64,000 nucleotides of DNA from a virus, in the IMG/VR virus record IMGVR_UViG_3300049893_000773, positions 23,663 through 87,662 of that record. One strand, written 5' to 3'. Within the stretch, counting starts at the first letter, position 1. Every line of letters begins with the position of its first letter. Of the stretch, positions 38,662 to 48,030 are shown piece after piece. Below the pieces are notes generated by a model. It made no database searches. It was not told the DNA's origin and was given only the letters and a program-made list of their open reading frames with translations. A program made the translations under genes and the position numbers.

Positions 38662-41600
38662 ATGCCAGCCGGTGCAAATCAACCAGCCACAACTATTCCG
38701 CTTCAGGAATCCATTCGGAAACTCTCGAAATACTTCGGGCTCTACACCGTAAGGGATCTTGCCGCCTCCATTGCTCTGTCTCAGATTCAAGGACAGGACA
38801 TTGGTTCGTCTTTTGACTTGCCTCAGCCACCCGAGTGGATCACCAAGATGATCGAGGTCCTGATTGATACCTCGACGGGTGGATACACGAGCAATGACAT
38901 TGTGGACACCTTGAACCGTCTTCTCGCTGAGGGTGGCGGGGAGGCTCAAAATATTCAAAGCGTCATCGAAGCACTCAACCGCTCGGTGAAGATTGTTTTT
39001 GGCCCTGGGGATGGTGCTGGCAACCAGAATCCAGCGCAGGGCGCGGGCATTGTGAAGGGATCGACAATTGGTCCAAGGGATTCCGTCCAGGAGATCCTTG
39101 GGTCCAACGTGATCAACTCTGACAGGTCGCACCCAAACAGGGACATTTCTCCATCCCTCTCGGCAATCATGGTCAACAACGTGCGTGTGCTTCCAATTCA
39201 CCGCAACGTGAACGCTGTTACCATCTTCATGAACGCCCTCCCAAGCATTGAAATTTCCAGGTGTGTCCCATTCCTGGAAGTTCTCTTCCAATTCTCTCGT
39301 CCACCAACGGACGCAGATGGAAGAATTCAAGCTCCAGGGCTGATCAAGTTCCTTGATGGTGCCGAAACAGCAAATGGCACCCGGCGGCTGCTCCTTGATT
39401 CCTCCATTGTCAAAGGAACCAACTCCGTTGGCAGACAACAGGAATACACGGAGGTGGGAATGGAGGTCTTCACGGCTCCACAGACCATGGTGAATGCCAA
39501 TGAGGATCGCGCTCAGAATGCGGGAGGATCAAGCAGGAGAAGTGCCCCTGTCCTCGACAAGTTCCGTCCGCTGATGACCTTCAAGGGTTTGTCCATTGAG
39601 ATCGTCCCAACGACGGGATTCATGTGCTTCAAGACGGCCAAGATGGACTTCGTTCTCCATGACAAGACTCGTCTTGCCGAGGTGGCTGACTTCATTCGTC
39701 CCGACCTTTACGGAAACACCGAAATCCTAATCGAATACGGCTGGAAGCACCCTGATCCTCCTTCGGCAAACAACATGTATGCCAACCTCCTCAATGGGAT
39801 GAGATGCAAGGAGAAATACGGGATCATCAACGTCTCCATGCAATTCGACGAGGCAGGACAAGCTGTCATTTCTCTCTCCCTTGCAATGAGAGGCGCCAAT
39901 GACTTCAGGACCGAAACCATTTCGTCAGACGAAACTGGAGTTTCCGACATCATTCGTCAGGTGAGAAACCTGACCGAGCAGGTTGGAGAGCTTCGTAGGA
40001 GGGTGTTCCAATCCAATTCTATTGGCACTCGCGAGGTGAGAGGTGTCCAAGTCCTGGATGCCGCAACAGATAGCAACGGACAACTCCTCCTGACGCCAGA
40101 GTTGAGGACTGAACTTGCAAACTTTCGAGCCGCCTTGAGAAATACCCAGAATCCAAGTGCCAGATCCCTCCTGGGAGCCTTGGATAACCTCTATGGTACC
40201 GACGGAAGAAGAGGTCAGACGGCTCAACTTCGCTCCACTGTGCAAACCAACATCGCAAGGAAGCTCGCCCGAATCTCCAGGGGTGGAGTGGAGCCATTTG
40301 CCGCTGCACCAACAGCAAATTATCCTGAAGGAAGGGCTGCTGGTCGTCGTTACATCTCCTATTCCGGGGACGTTGCAAGAGAGATAACCCAAGCCGATCA
40401 GCAATTGCGGCAACTCGGGGTGCGCCCTTCTGTAACCCTTGGCTCCTTGTTCCTTGCTTTCGTGGGGCAACCACTTGCCCTTTCCAGGAAGTTCGATGAC
40501 GTTCAGTTGATCTTCTACCCATTCAATTCCTATGCTGGGTTTGCCAGGACGTTGAATATTGCCAACTTCCAGGTGGACACGAGGTACTTCCTCCGGGAGT
40601 ACACAAGGTACAGAATGGAGAACATCTCCCGTGCTGGAGACATGACCCTCCAGGACTTCCTGAACTTCGTCTCCCACACAATCGTGGAGGACCCAGCGGC
40701 TCCGTCTTATGGGTTGCGTAATCCAAACGGCACAGGCAGACCTTGGTGGACAACCCCAAGCGACAACCCTGCGGGCTCAGGTGAGGCTCAGTCCACAGCA
40801 ACGGATTCCCTTGCCCTCCAGACCAGGATCGAACAGCTTCTCAGCGGGCCTAATGGGACCCCGGATGGAAGCTTCAAGCTTCCGCAGCTCGATTACTTCA
40901 TTGAGTGCATCCCAAGGACAGCCCATGCTCTCCCAGAGGGTGCCAACTCTGAAACTGCCGCTGGGACTTCCATCCTGAGAGTGCACATCTTTGATCGCCA
41001 CACAACCTCCTATGACACCCAAGCTGCTCTCCTGGAAGCCAACAGGGATGACGAGCTTCGGTCGATTCGTCCCGTTCCAACTCAGCAAGGAGGAAATGCC
41101 GGTGTGTCGCAGTCTCACGCCATGGAGGCAAACTCGATCATCCAAGCCGCTCAGAACGCTGGGTTGATCACTCAAATTCCCAACTCCAACCCGCCAATTT
41201 ACAGGATTAACGGCGGGCCAGCAAAGCTTCGCGATTTCATGATGAGGACCTCCCCCTACATCATCGTAGGGGCTCAGGGAACGGCTGTGAAGCATGCTGC
41301 CCTTGCAACCCAACAGAACGCACAACTCTCCACGGTCAACCTTCTTCGTTCCTTTCATTCCGACCCATTGGAACCAAATGGAGAATCCCCAGGCGGTCTT
41401 CCTCTCCAGGTCATCCCTTGTGACCTTTCCATTCCTTCTCTGGGATGTCCTCTCTTGGAATACGGGACGAAGTTCTTCGTGGACTTTGGCACTGGCACCA
41501 CCATCGACAATTTCTACTACGCAACAGGAATTTCTCACAGGATCGAAGCTGGGTCGTTCACAACGGACACCAAGTTCTCGCCTTATGACGGTTGGGGCAA

Positions 41601-41718
41601 GTACCGCTCCCTGATTGACACGATTAGAAACGCCCAGACCGTTCTCAGGGACATTCAGGCTAACGCCAACAACACCCCAACGGGTCAGCCTGCTGGTTCC
41701 AACACAAGATTGAGATGA
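38662..41718 (+). CDS. Baseplate hub-like protein
   Basis: ILIEYGW; C-terminal LGCPLLEYG..FFVDFGTGTTIDNFYYATGISHRI...FTT; follows the LysM gene. Confidence 0.55.
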   Translation: MPAGANQPATTIPLQESIRKLSKYFGLYTVRDLAASIALSQIQGQDIGSSFDLPQPPEWITKMIEVLIDTSTGGYTSNDIVDTLNRLLAEGGGEAQNIQSVIEALNRSVKIVFGPGDGAGNQNPAQGAGIVKGSTIGPRDSVQEILGSNVINSDRSHPNRDISPSLSAIMVNNVRVLPIHRNVNAVTIFMNALPSIEISRCVPFLEVLFQFSRPPTDADGRIQAPGLIKFLDGAETANGTRRLLLDSSIVKGTNSVGRQQEYTEVGMEVFTAPQTMVNANEDRAQNAGGSSRRSAPVLDKFRPLMTFKGLSIEIVPTTGFMCFKTAKMDFVLHDKTRLAEVADFIRPDLYGNTEILIEYGWKHPDPPSANNMYANLLNGMRCKEKYGIINVSMQFDEAGQAVISLSLAMRGANDFRTETISSDETGVSDIIRQVRNLTEQVGELRRRVFQSNSIGTREVRGVQVLDAATDSNGQLLLTPELRTELANFRAALRNTQNPSARSLLGALDNLYGTDGRRGQTAQLRSTVQTNIARKLARISRGGVEPFAAAPTANYPEGRAAGRRYISYSGDVAREITQADQQLRQLGVRPSVTLGSLFLAFVGQPLALSRKFDDVQLIFYPFNSYAGFARTLNIANFQVDTRYFLREYTRYRMENISRAGDMTLQDFLNFVSHTIVEDPAAPSYGLRNPNGTGRPWWTTPSDNPAGSGEAQSTATDSLALQTRIEQLLSGPNGTPDGSFKLPQLDYFIECIPRTAHALPEGANSETAAGTSILRVHIFDRHTTSYDTQAALLEANRDDELRSIRPVPTQQGGNAGVSQSHAMEANSIIQAAQNAGLITQIPNSNPPIYRINGGPAKLRDFMMRTSPYIIVGAQGTAVKHAALATQQNAQLSTVNLLRSFHSDPLEPNGESPGGLPLQVIPCDLSIPSLGCPLLEYGTKFFVDFGTGTTIDNFYYATGISHRIEAGSFTTDTKFSPYDGWGKYRSLIDTIRNAQTVLRDIQANANNTPTGQPAGSNTRLR

Positions 41719-41751
41719 CCCCCCTGGATTCCAAGAGCTAGCGGGATTACA

Positions 41752-43029
41752 ATGTCCACCATGGACGTTTACATCCACCGCGATGCTGTTGGACTGTCTC
41801 AGCATCTTTTGTGCCAAGCCAATACCGGGAAGATCCTCAAGGTCAAGGATCTCCCGGATACGCCTCTCATTTACGGAATGAAGAGCCTCAACGAGGTGGC
41901 AGAGCTTCATGCCATCCCCTTGCCCCCATTCCCCCCACCAGCGCATGCAGCAGCCCTTCAAACGGCTTTGGCCGGTCAGGATGTCCCTTCCATCCCTTGG
42001 AGTCTCACGATGCCCTCCTCGGCCTTTGTAGAGGCTGTAAAGGGGCTTGGGAAATACTTGATCGACCACTTCTCTTCCCTGGACCTGACGTATTACCAGA
42101 CCCACTACCAGCAAACGTGGGATGTATTTGAGCAAATGCGGCCAGCCAAGATTGATCCCATGGCTTGGAAGGTTTTTGGAGAAGATCCAAAGGCTACAGC
42201 GGTAATTCGTTCATTTGAACCGGATCAATTGGGCTTTGCTCAGGAGGTGGTATACTCCCGCTCGACCAAGACGGGAAGGATGAAGGTGGTATCGGGTCCA
42301 CAGATCCTTGCTCTCCAAGAGAGCAAGCACTCCCTCGTGACCTCTCGGTTTGGAAAGGAGGGGAAGGTCTTCTCTTTGGATTTCCGTTCCCTTGAACCAA
42401 GGGTGGCTCTGGCCCTTGGCAACCCATCTACTATTTCTACTAATCCCCCCTTCCCTTCTCCTTCTGGTTATCTTCCACTCCCACCAACACCTACACCCTC
42501 GGACGACCTGTATGCCGATATTGCCAAGAAATTGGGCATTCAGGATATCTCAAGGGATGTGATGAAGGAAGTGATCCTCAGCCAGCTTTACGGGGCCGGT
42601 CAAGAGACGATTATTTCACGGCTGCATTCCGTCCGGGATGCGGAGGGGTTGATCGACCTTGTGACCGACTACTTCAAGCTCACGGAAATGAAGGCTCGTC
42701 TCCGAGCAGAAAATGAAGCAAATGGCCGCACCCACATCTTGAACCACTATGGAAGGTGGGTGGACACCTCTCATGCCGATGATTACATGCTCCTGAACTA
42801 CTTCATCCAGAGCACAGCCGTTGATGTGGCTCTCTACGGCTTCAAGAACATGCTCCAAGCCATTGGAACCAACCCCTTGATCGTCCCCCTCTTCCTGCGG
42901 CACGATGAGATTGTCCTGGATGTCCACAGAGACGCCGAGGCACTTCTCCCTTCCCTGTGCGCCGCAGGCTCCAGAAACATCCCTCTCTTCCCAGGCGTAT
43001 CCTTTTCTCTCGGCATCAGTCGATTTTAG
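41752..43029 (+). CDS. Family A DNA polymerase, polymerase domain only
   Basis: TKTGRM, motif A SLDFRSLEPRV, motif B RDVMKEVILSQLYG, NYFIQSTAVD and motif C HDEIV. Confidence 0.85.
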   Translation: MSTMDVYIHRDAVGLSQHLLCQANTGKILKVKDLPDTPLIYGMKSLNEVAELHAIPLPPFPPPAHAAALQTALAGQDVPSIPWSLTMPSSAFVEAVKGLGKYLIDHFSSLDLTYYQTHYQQTWDVFEQMRPAKIDPMAWKVFGEDPKATAVIRSFEPDQLGFAQEVVYSRSTKTGRMKVVSGPQILALQESKHSLVTSRFGKEGKVFSLDFRSLEPRVALALGNPSTISTNPPFPSPSGYLPLPPTPTPSDDLYADIAKKLGIQDISRDVMKEVILSQLYGAGQETIISRLHSVRDAEGLIDLVTDYFKLTEMKARLRAENEANGRTHILNHYGRWVDTSHADDYMLLNYFIQSTAVDVALYGFKNMLQAIGTNPLIVPLFLRHDEIVLDVHRDAEALLPSLCAAGSRNIPLFPGVSFSLGISRF

Positions 43030-43075
43030 CCCTCCGGTGGTATAAACCGAATCTTTCTTCTGTATCATTGGGACC

Positions 43076-43690
43076 ATGCAAGTAACGCCTGAACTGGAAA
43101 AGTTGATCAGCAACCACGAAAAATTGGTCAAGCTGGTCAGCGATCACGTGAAGTCTTCGCCTGAAAAGAACAAGGCGTTGCTCTCGTGCCTGGACTACAA
43201 CAAGGAGGAGTTGGTTTTGGCCCCTGCCTCCACCCGTCGGGAGTATCACGGAGCCTTTCCTGGGGGCCTTGTGGAGCATCTGTTGAGGGTTCTCAAGAAC
43301 CTGAGCTTGCTCAACAAGACCTACGAAACGAAGCTCACTCACGAGGAGATGGTGGTGACTTCCTTTTTCCACGACATTGGAAAGCTGGGAGACGATACCA
43401 ACCCCTACTACATCAAGAAGGACTCGGAGTGGCACAACTCCCACGGCATCTTCTATGAAGTCAACCCAGCCTTCACCGCTGTGAAGGTTTCGCAACTCTC
43501 CCTGTATAACCTTCAACAGAGTGGTGCTAAACTCTCCCTGAACGAATACATGGCAATCTCGAACTTCGACCGCACCGAACGCGATCCAAACCTCCCCGCA
43601 GGTTTTGAATCGAATTTGTCGATCCTGCTTCGTCAGGCCATTGGTTTCGCCTGCCACCAGGGTCGAAACAAGGACAAGGTTACCCTCTGA
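43076..43690 (+). CDS. HD-domain phosphohydrolase
   Basis: APAS..YHGAFPGGLVEHLL and HDIGK. Confidence 0.85.
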   Translation: MQVTPELEKLISNHEKLVKLVSDHVKSSPEKNKALLSCLDYNKEELVLAPASTRREYHGAFPGGLVEHLLRVLKNLSLLNKTYETKLTHEEMVVTSFFHDIGKLGDDTNPYYIKKDSEWHNSHGIFYEVNPAFTAVKVSQLSLYNLQQSGAKLSLNEYMAISNFDRTERDPNLPAGFESNLSILLRQAIGFACHQGRNKDKVTL

Positions 43691-43740
43691 AAAAATCGTA
43701 TAAGTGTGCGAATTCATTGGAAATAAATCGCACCTGACGG

Positions 43741-43771
43741 TTTACAGTTCACCCCCTCTGGGCCATACTTA
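43741..43771 (+). promoter_or_regulatory. Sigma70-like promoter overlapping a TACTTA motif, upstream of SSB
   Basis: TTTACA-N17-CATACT; TACTTA at 43766. Confidence 0.5.
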
Positions 43772-43795
43772 GAAAGACAGCGAGAAATCGACTGT

Positions 43796-43860
43796 CCCAA
43801 TAAGCAAACCCAATTTTCAACCACAGTACAACCCATAGAACAACCCAAGGAAAAACCCAA
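43796..43860 (+). repeat. ~12-nt periodic AACC(C)A repeat in the SSB leader
   Basis: AACC at 43807, 43819, 43830, 43842 and 43854. Confidence 0.7.
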
Positions 43861-43861
43861 A

Positions 43862-44677
43862 ATGACACTCAATATCAAGGCCCTCGCAGACAAGTTCGCT
43901 CAGCTTTCCGGTGAGAAGAAGAAGACCTCGTATCCAACTCTTCCGTTCTGGAAGCCGACCTTGAATGAGGATGGCAAGCCACGGAGCTACAACATTCGCA
44001 TTCTGCCTTTCGACTTCTCTGGTCAGCCATTCTGCGAGATTGGCTACTACGACAACAAGAAGCTCAATCGCTTCCGCTTGGTTGCTCCAGTCCAGTTTGG
44101 AATGGAGGACCCGATTGCGGAGTTCGTGCAGGAGCTTCGCAAGGATCGTTCGAACAAGGGAGCCTGGAACACGATCAAGGGGCTCTTGCCGCAGTCGAGG
44201 TTCTACGCTCCGATCCTTGTCCGTGAGGAGAAGGAGAAGGGTGCGCAGATTTACGAGGTAAGCCGTAATCTCTGCAAGAAGTTCTACGCCAACTTCCTTG
44301 ACGAGGAGTTTGCTTCCGAGCCTCTGAACGACGCCATGGTGGGTCGTGACTTCAAGATCACTGTCTCTGCAAGCGGCAAGACGTTCACGAACGAGGCCAC
44401 TGGCAAGTCCTACCCTGTGAACGACGTGGAGATTCGTGTGGCTACCAAGTCTTCGAAGCTCCTGCCGACGCAGGAGGAAGTTGACAAGCTGCTTGCTTCC
44501 GCACCGAAGCTGATGGAGCACTTCCGGTCGCAGGTCAAGTCTGCCGATGAGCTTGGCAAGATGCTTCGCGACTACCTGAACATCGACGCTGAGTCGGTTG
44601 CGGGTACTCCTGAGATGGAAGAGGGTGCTGATGACGCTGCCCTCAAGTCGGTCGAGGATCAGTTCGACGGACTCTGA
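43862..44677 (+). CDS. Single-stranded DNA-binding protein (gp32-like)
   Basis: FWKP, IRILP, DPIAE, RFYAPILVR, GRDFKI and an acidic tail ending FDGL. Confidence 0.8.
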   Translation: MTLNIKALADKFAQLSGEKKKTSYPTLPFWKPTLNEDGKPRSYNIRILPFDFSGQPFCEIGYYDNKKLNRFRLVAPVQFGMEDPIAEFVQELRKDRSNKGAWNTIKGLLPQSRFYAPILVREEKEKGAQIYEVSRNLCKKFYANFLDEEFASEPLNDAMVGRDFKITVSASGKTFTNEATGKSYPVNDVEIRVATKSSKLLPTQEEVDKLLASAPKLMEHFRSQVKSADELGKMLRDYLNIDAESVAGTPEMEEGADDAALKSVEDQFDGL

Positions 44678-44694
44678 GCCAGAAAAAGACGGAA

Positions 44695-44731
44695 AAAAGG
44701 CCCTCATCGGTGAAAACTGGTGGGGGCTTTT
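44695..44731 (+). terminator. Intrinsic terminator
   Basis: AAAAGGCCCTCATCGGT-GAAA-ACTGGTGGGGGCTTTT. Confidence 0.7.
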
Positions 44732-44752
44732 GGCATTCTAGGGGCGAAAGAA

Positions 44753-45076
44753 ATGTCAACTGACGAGAACTCCTTGAAAATCTACGAGACAGCGCAGGGT
44801 ATCTTCTACTCGGCCATTCCGCCTCAGAAGATTGTCGCGACTCATCCATTGAAGACGCACACCTTTCAGGCCAGCATGGAAATCGTCAACATGCAGAAAG
44901 ATAAGGTCTATCTCAGGGACCTGAAGACGGGCGGTTTCTATCCAATGAAGCAGAAGGACTTCTTCGACCTACTCAAGAACGCCGTGATTGTTTCTGGGAT
45001 GGTAACTGCTCGTTGGGGATGGCACTTTCACCCTGATTCCGTATCGCTTGTGTGCGTTGAACAAGTGATCGAATAG
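44753..45076 (+). CDS. Hypothetical protein
   Basis: ATG at 44753 after the terminator; 107 aa. Confidence 0.6.
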   Translation: MSTDENSLKIYETAQGIFYSAIPPQKIVATHPLKTHTFQASMEIVNMQKDKVYLRDLKTGGFYPMKQKDFFDLLKNAVIVSGMVTARWGWHFHPDSVSLVCVEQVIE

Positions 45077-45137
45077 GCAATTCAACTATTCACAAACCCA
45101 AGAAAATAGCTTCCAGAGTCAAGAGAAGGAAAAAGCA

Positions 45138-46361
45138 ATGGCAAAGGCAAAGACGGTAAAGGAAACAGCTCCAGTAGCAGTGAACACAGTAATGGACAAC
45201 TCGGATGACTACGCAGCGGAATTGATCAAGCAGATCAACCGTGAAGCGAAGGATCAAGTTGCCTGGAATGTGGGTGATTCGGCTGCTCCAACGAACATCA
45301 AGCGTTGGGTCAGCACGGGTTCCGTTCTCCTGGATTACGCCATTTCCAACAAGCCGGGAGGTGGTTTCCCAGAAGGAAGGATCATTGAGATTCAAGGCCC
45401 GCCCTCGTGCGGAAAGAGCCACCTTGCCTTCCAGGCTGCAAAGAGTTGTCAACAGATGGGTGGCATCGTGGTGTACATCGACACGGAGAACGCCACGTCT
45501 CCTGACAACCTTCGGTCTCTTGGGTTGAATGTCAGCAAGAACTTCGTGTTCATCCAGAACAACTGCACGGAGGAGGTTTTCAAGTACATTGAAATGGCTA
45601 TCCTCAAGTCGCGCACCCTCAACAAGGACGTTCCAATGTTGATCATTTGGGACTCCGTTGCTGCAACCTCCCCAAAGGCCGAGCTTGAGGGAGAGTACAC
45701 TGACAACTCGATCGGACTCCAGGCTCGTGTGCTTTCCAAGGGCTTTAGGAAGATCAGCAACATCATTGCCAACGAGAAGGCCATTCTCTTGGTAATCAAC
45801 CAGCAGCGCATGAAGATTGGTGTCATGTATGGTGACCCAACTACCACCCCTGGTGGCTCTGCCATTCCGTATGCTTGCTCTGTTCGTCTCCGTGTGATGA
45901 CCGGCCAACCCATCAAGGGAGAAAAGGACAAGGTTTACGGTATCAATGCCGAGGTGAAGATCATCAAGAACAAGGTCGCTCCACCTTTCAGGGCGGCTGA
46001 ACTTTCCATCCTCTTTGGCAAGGGTGTGGTTGACGATGGTCCGCTGTTTGACGCTCTCAGGCAGTTCTGTGAGGCCAATGGGCCGGTCATCTATAACGGA
46101 AAGCGGTTGAAGATCGAAGGAGCCCAAGCCTGGAAGACCTTCTCCGTGGCAAATGCTACGGACGGTGAGGTGCTCCACGAGGTGAAGTTCTACAAGGACG
46201 AATTCCGCTCCGCAGTGTTGAATGTTCCCGAGTACAAGGAGTATGTTGATGCTCTCTGTGCAGCAGCCCTTGTTGCTGGGGATAGCACCCAACACCCATC
46301 CTTCAAGGGGGTTGACGCCAATTCTTATGAAGAAATGAAGAAGCAGGAAGACGACGAATGA
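45138..46361 (+). CDS. recA: RecA/UvsX recombinase
   Basis: STGSVLLD, GRIIEIQGPPSCGKS, YIDTE, WDSVAA, INQQR, TTPGG and KNKVAPPF motifs. Confidence 0.95.
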   Translation: MAKAKTVKETAPVAVNTVMDNSDDYAAELIKQINREAKDQVAWNVGDSAAPTNIKRWVSTGSVLLDYAISNKPGGGFPEGRIIEIQGPPSCGKSHLAFQAAKSCQQMGGIVVYIDTENATSPDNLRSLGLNVSKNFVFIQNNCTEEVFKYIEMAILKSRTLNKDVPMLIIWDSVAATSPKAELEGEYTDNSIGLQARVLSKGFRKISNIIANEKAILLVINQQRMKIGVMYGDPTTTPGGSAIPYACSVRLRVMTGQPIKGEKDKVYGINAEVKIIKNKVAPPFRAAELSILFGKGVVDDGPLFDALRQFCEANGPVIYNGKRLKIEGAQAWKTFSVANATDGEVLHEVKFYKDEFRSAVLNVPEYKEYVDALCAAALVAGDSTQHPSFKGVDANSYEEMKKQEDDE

Positions 46362-46861
46362 GCATCAAGATCAAGTTCAAGAAGGTTCACCCTGAAGCCA
46401 AGCTTCCAACTCAGGCCAATGTTGGCGACGCAGCCTTCGACCTCTATTGTGTCGAGGACTTTGGGCTACAGGCCGGTCAGACCGCTTTGGTCAGGACGGG
46501 CTTGAAGCTTGCCTCGGTGGAGAACACCCATATTCAGGACATTTTCCTCCATATTGTTGGGAGAAGCCGCCTTGCCAAGGAGGGAATTTTCCCAATTGGT
46601 GGAATTGTGGATACCACCTACCGTGGCGAGATTGGAGTGTTGCTTCACAATGGCAATCCACCCAAACCGTCCATGACGAGTTGGGGCCATACCTCTCTTG
46701 TGTACCCCAGCACCTACTTCAAGGCCGGGGATCGTATCGCTCAGGTTGTGATTCAGGTGATTGCAACAAACAGCGGCATCAACAGCGTTTCCTTTGAGGA
46801 AACGGAAGAAGTCGATGCTACCACCCGTGGAGAGGGTGGATTCGGCTCAACGGGCCGCTGA
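46358..46861 (+). CDS. dut: Trimeric dUTPase
   Basis: AAFDL, GRSRLA, GIVDTTYRGEI, GDRIAQ and RGEGGFGSTG motifs. Confidence 0.95.
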   Translation: MSIKIKFKKVHPEAKLPTQANVGDAAFDLYCVEDFGLQAGQTALVRTGLKLASVENTHIQDIFLHIVGRSRLAKEGIFPIGGIVDTTYRGEIGVLLHNGNPPKPSMTSWGHTSLVYPSTYFKAGDRIAQVVIQVIATNSGINSVSFEETEEVDATTRGEGGFGSTGR

Positions 46862-46865
46862 ACCC

Positions 46866-47738
46866 TCAAAAGGGGATGTCGTCCTCGTCTGAGGCTGGGG
46901 GCCTTGCTGGGGGACGAGGGGCTGTAGCTGGCTTTCGTGGTGGAGGGGGAATCACGTTGCCGTACTTGTCGTATTCCACCTCTTGCTCATGACCGTAGTC
47001 GTCCCTGTACGATCTTTCCAGGTCATTGACTTGCTGGTAGATGGACGGGTTGTACATGCTGTAGGCATCGCTCCCGAAGCCGTAGTCAATGACGACCACC
47101 CTACCATCTGGCAAGACTCCGAGTTGGTCAGCACTTGCTAGATCCAGGCCATTGCTTTCCAGGTGAGGGATGGCGAGGCAAATCTTTGCGAAGGAATCGG
47201 TGAAGTTGAGGGCTTGCTCGTATCTCTTGATTTGGGACAAGTTTCGCTCGGAGGGGTTCAGGGCTTTGAAGTAGCTGATTTGCTTCTGGATCGAGGACTT
47301 CAGGTCCTCGATGGTTTTTGATCGAAAGCAAGCGCCACTGAAAAGCTCGTGAGCCGTTTTGGCATCGACTCCAAAGAGCCTTTCAAGCTCCTCTGCTCCT
47401 TTGAGGGATTCAGCTTTCTCGGCCACGATCCATTCAAAGTGCTCATCATGCGGCTCATCAATTGCCGCCAGGACTAGCTTTACATCCCCTGGGACCTTGT
47501 GATAGAGTTGGTACTCGGTTTCGTTCTGGACGGAACCCTTGTCGCTCATGGCTACCTTGAGCACACGTCCATCACCAAGGTCGAAGACAGCCCGTGAACT
47601 ACCACTGCCAAGCTCAACCAGAGTTTGCTCCACATACTCCAAACGTTGTGGTCGGCCAACGTACTTCTTCAATTCATCGAAAGAGAAGGACTCTTCGGCC
47701 TCTTGGAGGAAATCCAGGAATTCCTTTAGTGTGTGCAT
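46866..47738 (-). CDS. Protein-kinase-like fold protein, paralog C
   Basis: MHTLKEFLDFLQE tag; LGSGSSRAVF, VLKVA, QNETE, DLASADQLG and VVIDYG motifs; TATTTA 5 nt before ATG. Confidence 0.65.
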   Translation of the reverse strand: MHTLKEFLDFLQEAEESFSFDELKKYVGRPQRLEYVEQTLVELGSGSSRAVFDLGDGRVLKVAMSDKGSVQNETEYQLYHKVPGDVKLVLAAIDEPHDEHFEWIVAEKAESLKGAEELERLFGVDAKTAHELFSGACFRSKTIEDLKSSIQKQISYFKALNPSERNLSQIKRYEQALNFTDSFAKICLAIPHLESNGLDLASADQLGVLPDGRVVVIDYGFGSDAYSMYNPSIYQQVNDLERSYRDDYGHEQEVEYDKYGNVIPPPPRKPATAPRPPARPPASDEDDIPF

Positions 47739-47766
47739 AAGCCTAAATAGAAGACCACGAACAGCC

Positions 47767-48030
47767 ATGGATATTGAGCACGAACTTCGTTTTCTTTGCC
47801 CTGAAGTGAAATTTAGCCGTTTTAGCGATGAGCACTTTCAGGCAGAGATCATCTGTGAGGCAAATGGCAAGGAAGCATCTCTTCATTTGCTGGAAAACAA
47901 GGTAGTGGTTACAGGTCCACTTGGCACGGATCGCCTTCCAGCGGAAATTTGTCGGATCGACGATCTTAACCATGTTGTTGATGAGGTTAGAAAGCGACTT
48001 TCCCTTGTGGAGTCAACGGTGAACCAATGA
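47767..48030 (+). CDS. Hypothetical protein
   Basis: MDIEHEL..., ATGA overlap with the next gene. Confidence 0.55.
   Translation: MDIEHELRFLCPEVKFSRFSDEHFQAEIICEANGKEASLHLLENKVVVTGPLGTDRLPAEICRIDDLNHVVDEVRKRLSLVESTVNQ

Noticed and set aside
15944-41718. Bacterial eCIS/tailocin locus (two sheaths, LysM, tube initiator)
   Set aside because: Linked portal, protease, capsid and a full replication module show this is a phage.
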